Assembly (NCBI GenBank): GCA_904063045.1
Contig: CAJFCJ010000004.1
Coordinates: 1,171,713-1,235,712, forward strand
DNA length: 64,000 nucleotides
Source of the DNA: Dimorphilus gyrociliatus
Lineage: Eukaryota > Animalia > Annelida
Direction: 5' to 3'
Part shown: piece after piece, positions 54,588-64,000 of the stretch
Layout of the letters: the number at the start of each line of letters is the position of its first letter
Position numbering within the stretch: position 1 is the stretch's first letter
Translations under genes and position numbers: made by a program
The notes under the pieces: model-generated
Seen by the model: the letters and a program-made list of their open reading frames with translations, nothing else
Databases searched by the model: none
What the model was told of the DNA's origin: nothing

Positions 54588-55148
54588 ATGGGAAACAATC
54601 CTTTTGCTGCTTGTGTTAAACGCGTAGAGGATGCTGTTCCGTCAAAATATAGACACTATTTAAAGGGAAGGAAAGCGGCTAAAACCGAAGAGAATTTTCT
54701 CACAAAACATCTAAGAAATTTTCAACGATCTTGTAATGATGATAAAGAATCGAGGACGTTCTTCTTTCAAAAGAGAACACCACCTAAACAAAGACGACCT
54801 GAAACTAGAACATTTAATATAGGTCCTTTTTCATTTAACACCTTACAAACCCCAGAGCCAAAACAAGAAAGGCGTAAATCATCCTTTAGTTTGCTCACCC
54901 TCCAAAAACCAGAAGAAAAGACTGAACAAAGAAGATTATCAATAGGACCGATTACCTTACAAAAACCAGAGGCCAAAGATGAGGCTAGGAGGTTGTCAAT
55001 TGGACCTGTAACACTTCTTCAAGTTCCTGACCAGAAGAGTCAACAAAGAAGGCTTAGTAGTGGGTCAATTACATCGCAAAGATCTGATAGACGACTTAGT
55101 ATAGGACCTTTTACCATGCCTACTATTGAGTTTTCAGGTTCAAAATAG
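54588..55148 (+). CDS. Orphan 186-aa basic, probably disordered protein with a tandem RRxS(IGP)...LQxP repeat array
   Basis: Single ORF directly after acceptor tttctttacag| (exon starts 54577); repeats conserved at the protein level while codons diverge; AATAAA signals downstream (~55524, 55561). The N-terminus could be extended by a phase-1 upstream exon because the frame is open from the acceptor. Confidence 0.8.
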   Translation: MGNNPFAACVKRVEDAVPSKYRHYLKGRKAAKTEENFLTKHLRNFQRSCNDDKESRTFFFQKRTPPKQRRPETRTFNIGPFSFNTLQTPEPKQERRKSSFSLLTLQKPEEKTEQRRLSIGPITLQKPEAKDEARRLSIGPVTLLQVPDQKSQQRRLSSGSITSQRSDRRLSIGPFTMPTIEFSGSK

Positions 55149-55861
55149 CTCTTTTATAAAAGAAGAAAATGTTATCACTTACCTTTTTCTTCTTCAAATT
55201 GCTATCATTTGTAAAAGTAATTCAAAGAAAAAAGAACAAAGAGAGGAAGAATTTACAAAATTTCTCCTTTTTGATTTCTCAATTATATATTTCTTATTCA
55301 TTTAATATTTTTATATTTCTATCTTCGTTCCTCTCTGTTCAATTTTTATGAAACGATTAAAAAAAGGTTTTTATTTTTTTTATATAAAAGTTGAAAACAA
55401 AGTTTTATAAGTCCCTTTTTTTTTATAAAAAAAAATGTAATAGAAAAAAAAACACTTATTGAATAATTCTATTTTTTATCTATTTTCCTTTAAAAAAAAT
55501 AACTTCTGGGCAAAAAAAGGAACAAATAAACAAATGTAAGAAAACTTTGATTTTATAATTAATAAAATAAACTTGAATAAAAGGAATAAGGATTTAAATA
55601 TTTTCTAAAGATTAGAAATTAAATATATTCACTTTGTTTTTTCCGTTTATCTTTTCTTTGACGTTTTTATACAATATTTAAAGTTAACAGCATTGAAAAA
55701 TAATTAAAATATGATTGTTTCATAATTATAAATGGATTTTCTCCATTTAGACAGTAGATGGCATTACTTGCAGAAAAGTTTATGAAAAAGCATTTTGTAT
55801 AATTAATAAAGCCCAGAGTTAATGTTTAAAATTTAAAAGAAACCAATATGTCTATGGTACA

Positions 55862-55926
55862 TATAATGTATATATGCTAATATATATATATATATATATA
55901 TACATATATACATATACTGTATATAT
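55862..55926. repeat. (TA)n/(TACA) microsatellite
   Basis: Directly visible, interrupted by CA and CTG. Confidence 0.85.
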
Positions 55927-58900
55927 TTATATATTATTCAATAAGATTATGAATATTTGTGTGCATAGTTTGTAAATATAAATAGTTGTTGTTTTGTAGG
56001 CGAGAAAAAAAATATGCCATAATGATTCCTACTTACACGAGTACGTTATTTAATATGTTTTTTTATACATGTTGGTAATAGGAAGAGTGAGAAAATACCA
56101 AGATAGATAGACAGATAAATGGAAAGAGGGAGAGAGAGAGAGAGAGAGAGAGAAAGAGTGTTTGTAATAGAAAGATGCAGACAGAGAGGGTTTCGTCAAT
56201 GGAAGAAAGGAAAACAATATATGTTCTCTATTGATTTATGAAAGTTTGAAAGCAATTCCTATAAAACTGTAATTGTTGTAAATATCTTTTTTGCCATTAT
56301 GAAAAGGTAAAAATTGAACAAGAATTGATTAAGAAATTTATTATATGAATACAATTTTTATAATAATTGATTGACAATTAAAGAATAAACAACTGATTTC
56401 AAGGATCTATAAACACTTGTCTGATTAAGTTATTTTTAAACTCTAGTTCTTTTCTTTTGCTATTCTCTACTGTGTATTTTCTTACGTAATTTGCTTACAT
56501 CTTTTAGAAATACATATTAATTTGCTATACGCATAGAAAGAATGAATTAGAGTAATAAAGATACCCAATTTTTTATATTTCTCTTTACATTATCTATCTA
56601 CTGTAAAAATATATCAAAATATTAATAAAGCAGTTAAAATTATATAAATAGGATTTATGACATCTTTAGTTAGGGAGATTCTTTTTTTGTAATCCTTAAT
56701 AGAATTAATGTATGGACAGGTATAAATTACTCTTTATGCGAAATCATATTTTCAAGTATAGTATAACGATAAACAATATATAAGGTTAAATACTCTGTCT
56801 GGTTTGACACTAAAAATGGACTTGTTGCATACCAGATACTCCTTTTTAAGGCTTAAGAGACTTTGAGTTATTTAATCTCTTATCTCCTTTTTAATATAGA
56901 ATGTATGTTTTCGGGAAAATCAACAAATATTCATTAATTTCAATATATTTTAATTAATTGAACGTTCATAAAGATTCTTTTCAACTATTGTTCATACTTT
57001 ATGAAGAAGAATCAACTTTTCTACTTGCAAAAGCTACATCAGCAAATGCAAAAAATTTACATATGCTATTCTAGAGATTAAAGGGGCGGAGAGAAGGAGG
57101 AATGCTTTTATTTTTTTTTATAGACAAAAGTTATGTCTTTTTAAAGTATTAATATTTTTAATTTTATAGGTGATTTTCAATACAAAGTAAAGGCTCTTAG
57201 CTTTAGAAATTTGTATTTTGTATTTTACCTTATAAGCTTAAAAAATAAATATTTAACGATTTCTGACTTTATATATAGAATGTATAGTTGGAATACGAAT
57301 AGGTGTTTTCAAAAGTAACTTAAAGATTAGACTTTTATATCACGTTTGACACGATTTATTCTAATATTCCATTATTGAATTTTCTTAAAATTATTTACAG
57401 AGTAAAAAATATGTGAAAATATGATGAATCTCTTTTTTTTGTATGTTTATTTATAGATGATATGACAAATATGAAAATTTTTTTCATAGTTTTTTTTATC
57501 ACTTCCTTAAATGAATATTATAATAATTACTCACTTTCTCTCAGATATCAACATAGCGAGATATGTTTAATAATGAAAATGACAATACATTAATAAATAA
57601 TTTTGCTATTCTGCCCTTTTCAACTGGTCAACTTTATCCCAAATGATCTGTCATTACTCAAATAATTCCTCAAATGTCGTTGAATAATAGAAATGTTTAC
57701 TTCGCTTATTAATGGCATCATACTAATAACCTTCGTCTGTCACTTTATTGGTAGTACAATATCTTTTTTAAGGAGATATGCAAATTGAAGATGAGTTTTA
57801 ACTTTTTATCTTCTTTAGAAGTAGAAGAAAAAAGAAATGCGATAAAATGAAATATTTAATTGATGGAAAAGTATTTCCAACTCTTTCTTTGTTTCCTTTG
57901 GTAGATCATTTCATGAGTAACTATGAAACTTTGCTGTAAAATTGCACTAGGAATAATAACTGACATGTAAAAAATATCTAGTACTAATTATTGGACAAGG
58001 AGGACACAGCATCGTATCTCTCTACCGGATAAAAAGTAAATATTACTTTAATTACATTTTGTATATAAAACAATAAGCCCTTTTTATTTTAAATATTTAA
58101 ATGAAAAGTAGTGCAAACTTAGGTCGTTGATTAAACTATTTTTACATGGAAAATGATAATTTATAGAGTTGAGTATATTCAGTCAAGTTTTAAAGAAATT
58201 AAAAACTATGATAAATTAGCTTTACATGCATTACAATTTTTAATAAATTAGGGATATCTTTGCCATTAAAAAGGATGACTAAGGGCTAATGATATATCAA
58301 CTAGTAAACTAGTATTGTCTTACATTTTTGAAAGTCAGTTATTCTATGGTTTAATAGTCTTATTTAAAGTAACATTACCATAATGGTAAAAGATTATCAA
58401 AATTTCATGAAATTCTTATCATGTTCAAAGATAGAAATGACTACAATTGCAAATGAATCCAATGATTTTAGATTAATTTATGTCCCAAATTTTAAAAAGC
58501 CAAGATATAAGAGATAATCAATTTTCACTTTTGTCACTCTTAAATAGGAAGGCATTGAAAATACTATAGAAAAAATGTTCATTATATTAAAGGACTATAG
58601 CGGAACTGGACGTCAAAGACATATGATATCCTGTAAAGAAATATATTTTCATACACTTTCATTCAAATATCTAAAATTGTGTCATTAATAACACAAATTA
58701 CTTTAGCATGAGAAATTAAATTGATAAAATTAATGAGAAATACGTGGGAAGAAAAGATATTATAGGAAAAAATTTTCTATTCCTACTCTTATTACAGATC
58801 AGGGACGATTTTAAAAGAAAAGCAAAGAGTGTTAATATTCATTCTCTATATTCTAGAAAAGACTTAAATTTCTTCCATAGTTCGGATGATACACATATGC

Positions 58901-61900
58901 GTGAACAACATATATATTTAGTTATCCTATTGGATGATATATCAGAATAGTAAAATTTATAATTTAGTTTTGTATACCAGTCTACTGAATCTGATGATAA
59001 TAGTTAATTTACTTAATTTCATCCTCCTTTCTTCCATTTAGTTGATATTTCAATATCATTTGTATAAACAAGCTATGCAAAAGAAATATTTACTTTTCTC
59101 TGTTCTCTACACACCAACGTGTCTTGTCTAGTGTTCTTTCGAAAAAAAGCTCTCACTCTACTAAACGTCTAACAACTAATGTTCAACTAAAGAAAGTTAA
59201 TCAGATTTCTTTCTTTATTAATTATTTAATAAATTTTATTTGTACCTTTTGCATTTTAATAATAAACATATATCAAATTAGGTCAATTTAAAAATATTAA
59301 ATTAATTAAAGTCAACATTATTTCATGATTTTGAATTTTGAGAATATTTACTGCACATAAATGGTGTCAAAACAAATAAAATAGACTTTATTATAGAGCT
59401 TACTATATATTATATACAGTTTTAATTATCTATGACAACTTTCATTATTCGTATACTGCATTACTAGTTTCCTCAAGGTCAATAACCTGAGACTTTTTCA
59501 ATAATCTTATGTATCAATGAATAATACAAAAATATTAATTAAAAATACTATATTTACCAATGAATTAGTTCACTGAATTAAATATTTCAAAGAAAGAGTT
59601 ATAATGGTCCTTCACATTAGTAAAAGATATAATGTACAAAGTAATATACATGTATACTGTATATACATGTATATCAATATATACAGCATGTTTTGTATAT
59701 CATTTTTTTACATAAATAAATTTATCTATATATACAGTATACATCTCTTATATACAATTTCATTATAACTTAACGTAATATAGTTGCATTTTGTACAAAT
59801 AGCAATCGAGAAGAAATACATTTATATCATATATACCGTAGGTGATCCTTATACGCTGTGTTTGTATTGAAAATGTGTGTACAAGCAGTAAAAAAACCAA
59901 TTAGTGTAATAATCTTAAAAAATTACTGGATAATAAAATATCATTTCCTTAATAATGTTACTTCTATTCTAGTTGTTTATGATAAAAATCATATTTTTTT
60001 TTACATTCTAATTACTTAACATACTCTTGATTTGTATCTATGTGCATACAAATTAAAGAAAGGAGCTCATTCTTCTAAAAATAACAAACTTCTTCGAATA
60101 TATAAGCTTTTTTTGATTAAACAGTACTTATTTTTGATTTTATTACCACATTATTCTAACTAATGATCCTTATTTTATCCAAAAATTATGCTCTTTATAG
60201 GTATGACTTATAACTAGGCCTACTGGTGCCTTATTTCTGCAGATTTCTATATATCTAATTGCTTTCGAATAATGTACTCGTCTTTAACCATTGAATGAGA
60301 GGAAACTGTAATGTTTTATTGCTAATGGTACATGTCTAGATGAGATAAATAAAGAAAAGAATGATATAGACCATAAAGATAGCAGGTTAGCGATTCCCTT
60401 GGTAGCCATTAAGATCATTTTAAGCCTTATAAAGCATTTCAATAAGATAGTTTTTAAGTAGTAAGCTATTTTAATAGAATTCTTAAAATACAACAATCAA
60501 AAGACTATTTAAATTTCATATACATATTATAGAATTAATATATAATTATTAAATGATATCAACAATGTATAGAAAATTTGTCTGCAGATCTAATTTTGCC
60601 TATGAAATGAAGAATAAATCTATTCTTCCGCCTTGACAACTTTCATACAACATAAGCATTATTTACAACAGGAGATAATGTTAAAAAATTATTCAATCAA
60701 GCATGAAAAGATATATATGTACGACATATGGTATAAAGTCAACTTTAAAGTATAGTCGTTTTAAAGATACGCTTTTAGAGGTGTAATACTTTCATTAACT
60801 TTTATTTTTGATAAATATTCATCATGAAAAAAGAAATTCATTTTAATTTTAATTATTGACATTTAAAATTAGAACGCGAAGCATATCGGCCTATTTTGCA
60901 TGACTCCCACATCGTTATTAAATATGGAAATTGCCTAAATATTGATAACTTCAAAGAATAAATTCGTTTGAAGATTCTTAAGGAACAGTTAACGCAGTCA
61001 TTCGAGCAGACAATCTATAAACTTTTATTGAAATACCGTATACAAAAAAATTATTCTTTTATATCATTTAGGTGAAATAAGACCTTCACTACAAGAGAAT
61101 ACATAAAGACAACTTTCTAATTAGTTACAGAAAACTGCAATTTACTGTATATCTAGAAAGTAGAATGATCTGTTTATAGACACTATTTATATTCTTTTTT
61201 CTCTGTCGAGTAATTTTGTTCGATTATTTTTTCTATGATTCTCTATTATTTCCACACAACGATGGAATATTAACTGCACTTTTTTTTGCGTTGTGCACTT
61301 TATCCTTCTTTCATTTCCCGTCATTACTATCATCTACTATCCATCCTTCATTTATCAAACAAGTTTTGTTCTGTTAGGAAACCTATGTACACATTTTTAA
61401 AGTCCAAGAATCTATTGATTTTCTGTTTAAAAGAGAATAGTTTAGAAGGAAAAAGGCTTTTTTGGATTATTTCGTGCTATTAATTTTGTTAAAAGTTATC
61501 TAGAGAAATAGAATAATATGATTAGAAACCCTTCCTTGATTTCTTATCAATTACTCATTGAAAAAAACTTCTTTTGAAGAATAATTGTTAGAGATGCACT
61601 TGTAATTACAGAGAAAAGAAATCAATTATCAATTTCTCGTCGTTTCTTTGTTAAGAGCATGATAAGTTGACAGATTACTATATTATTTTTTACTTCTTTT
61701 TTGGTTAAAAGCGTATGTCGTTGACTTCATATTAAATTAACATAGTGTTGCGAAACCTTACTCTTATGTGTTCTCTAATCTATCAATCAACATTTCACTT
61801 TTAACGGTTTCTTTTAAGAGTTCTTATTACCTAATTTATAAATAAGTGTGCTATCTCTTCCATTCGAAGCTCTATTATTGAATTCCGTGGTAAGAACATA

Positions 61901-63034
61901 AAAGTAGGAATTTTATACATATTTCGTTTATAATGATATTAAAAAATTCCATTGTATTGCTGAAATATAAAATAGAAAGGACTGGAAAATTTATTTTCAG
62001 TTATATATTAACTTTTAATTGATTTTTATTAAGGTTACAAAATTTCGCATAATTTTTCAATATCATTTCTTTTTTTATCATTTTTATGTAAATGACTACT
62101 ATTTTGTTTTTTTTTTTTCCATTTATTATTTTTTATACCAAACACCATCTCAAAACTTCATCATGATAGGCGTACGTGTAGGAATTTTGACATTATTTGT
62201 CTACGTTTACATATAGGTTTTGTATACCTCATGATTGACTAATAATTCAAGTAATTAGGCTATTTTCTTATTAAAATTTATTCAATTTTTTAATAGAAAT
62301 GCCCTTAGAATGTTATCTTACCTATTCCATGGCTTGAATTGATCGTCTTCTTTGTCGCTATTCTTTAAAAAACGATTTATGCTTTAATTATTATATTAAT
62401 TACTAATTCAAATAATACATATTATTAAAAATATGCATCTAGCCTGGTAAACAAAATAAGTATATACTTTTATAAGGATGACGGTAGTCCTTTTTGCAAA
62501 AGATAATGAAACATACATATATACATTGGCCATTATAAATAAATAGATGTTGTTCGAATTAGTATACAATATAAGCAGAGCATGTTGGGTAATATAAGAT
62601 TAAAGAATTATCAATGGCTAAGAAATCTATTAACATTCACATAACGTTTTAGGAATTATAACGTAAACGTATGAGCATACATAACTCTTTGGTACCGATA
62701 TTAATATGGTGATTTTAGAATACTTAATGGCTTCAATCGCTTCTGTTAAAGAAACAGTCGATATATTGTGACTTCGATAGAAAATTTTCATAGTCTAAGG
62801 ATAATTAAAAAGCTGAATGTTTACTGAAACTTTCAAGACAATTCAGAAAATGTATGTATACATTTATAGTGATTCTATCGTTGTTAGACAGATCTAAATA
62901 TAAATCTAAGATGTAAAAAAAATAAAAATACAAAAAGAGGTACAATTTAGAAATTCTAGAAAGTGACATTTAAAAAACAGCCTTGTCTTGAATTCAACAG
63001 TTTAATAAACAACTCCCACCGATGTGCTAGAATA

Positions 63035-63043
63035 TATATAAAC

Positions 63044-63080
<37 letters not shown>

Positions 63081-63087
63081 CAGTATA
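63035..63087. repeat. (TA)n microsatellite
   Basis: Directly visible, ends in TA-CAG-TA. Confidence 0.88.
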
Positions 63088-63837
63088 GTGCTATTCGTAA
63101 AAATCGTTAAGAAATCCTAATTATTCTGCATAAATTTGCTCCACGATTTCATCATAAATACAACGGGAACTCTACTGGTATAGTTTGGCTGTTTTCTTTG
63201 GATTTATTTTCATTTAATTCATTGTTACATGAACAACTAAAAGGTTTTTGAATGTTTATTTTACTGTATTATTTCAGTCTTGTATTGAAATGAAGTGTAT
63301 TATTTATTTAATGAGAGATTTTCCGTTTTATCTCCAAGTATCTAAAAGACTATGTTTTTAATATATATTGATAAAAAGACAGAGGATGCGAAAATTACAT
63401 ATATTTCATTTTTTTTCTATTAGATTACCCTTCACGTCAAAGGTAAATTTCACTTTTTGTACTTAAAAGTATAGTATTTAAGTGTATATTCTTTTACTTA
63501 TATAACAACGTGTGTCGGGACTTTTTTCATATGTGATGTAATTATCGAACAAGCAATATGTAGGTATTATTAGTATTACTTGACTTGTTATATATTTGAC
63601 GTGCTATATATAATAAAAAAATATGTATATATTTAGTTTATACTGTCAGTGATACCGTAAAGAAATAGTTAGAAAGAACTAAATATATATGTGTGCTCTA
63701 TAGATATAAAGAATTTGACGAGTACGTAACTGTATATACTCTTTTATTGTTGCTGGATAATGCTTATAAAAATATATTTTGTCATTTCGAAAACAGAGTC
63801 AATTTACAAAAGATAACTTACACGATATAATAAAAAG

Positions 63838-64000
63838 ATGGGGGATTCTTGGTTAGCTAATTCTACGAATTCTTCCAACTCTAATAATGATACTCAACAT
63901 ATGTCGTTTGCTGTAAAATGCACTGCAGATATTATTGGAAGTTTAGCAATTTTTGCTAATTTATCTTTTTTATTGGCTTTAAATTATTTAAAAGACAAAA
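63838..64000 (+). CDS. Probable class A (rhodopsin-like) GPCR, N-terminus and TM1 only (runs off window)
   Basis: Open to the window end: MGDSWLANSTNSSNSNNDTQHMSFAVKCTADIIGSLAIFANLSFLLALNYLKDK; short Asn/Ser-rich N-terminus with N-glycosylation sequons (NST, NSS, NDT), a hydrophobic helix with G-x4-(G/A)N TM1 signature, then basic residues. Confidence 0.65.
   Translation, partial: MGDSWLANSTNSSNSNNDTQHMSFAVKCTADIIGSLAIFANLSFLLALNYLKDK

Noticed and set aside
60312-60350. EGF-like peptide CFIANGTCLDEIN
   Set aside because: Immediately preceded by a stop, wrong Cys spacing, and lacks the remaining cysteines.
1-64000. tRNA, rRNA, snRNA, CRISPR arrays, intact transposase or reverse transcriptase
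   Set aside because: No recognisable signatures by eye and no long ORFs with such domains; the DNA is eukaryotic. A covariance-model scan (tRNAscan-SE, Infernal) would be needed to exclude small RNAs formally.

Overview
AT-rich (by eye under about 30% GC) intron-containing metazoan genomic DNA; the short 56-66 nt introns and gene content suggest a compact invertebrate, probably lophotrochozoan/annelid-like genome (inference). Hand-spliced gene models with phase-consistent GT-AG junctions, minus strand: (1) a calmodulin-like EF-hand gene (153-2604, last exon outside the window), (2) a complete Prop-family paired-class homeobox gene (12161-19158), (3) a two-exon innexin (29496-31436), (4) a 12-exon secreted protein with 12 EGF repeats (36572-39476). 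Plus strand: (5) a 186-aa orphan ORF with a tandem RRxS repeat array plus LxVP- and PxIxIT-type motifs (54588-55148), (6) the N-terminus/TM1 of a probable class A GPCR running off the right edge (63838-64000, absent from the ORF track). There is also an orphan coding-like exon with its own promoter-like island (10367-11000), many GC-rich putative cis-regulatory islands, and abundant (TA)n/(GA)n/(GATA)n microsatellites. No tRNA, rRNA, CRISPR array or transposase ORF was recognised. Most interesting leads: the candidate PKA/calcineurin phospho-switch protein; an EGF array possibly inserted into a VMO-I-like beta-prism; recurrent TA-CAG/CTG-TA and TACATGTA motifs resembling Tc1/mariner excision footprints; frequent AAG 3' splice sites; and a possible bicistronic uORF/calmodulin-like transcript. 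All assignments come from reading the sequence by eye and recalling family motifs; no searches were run.
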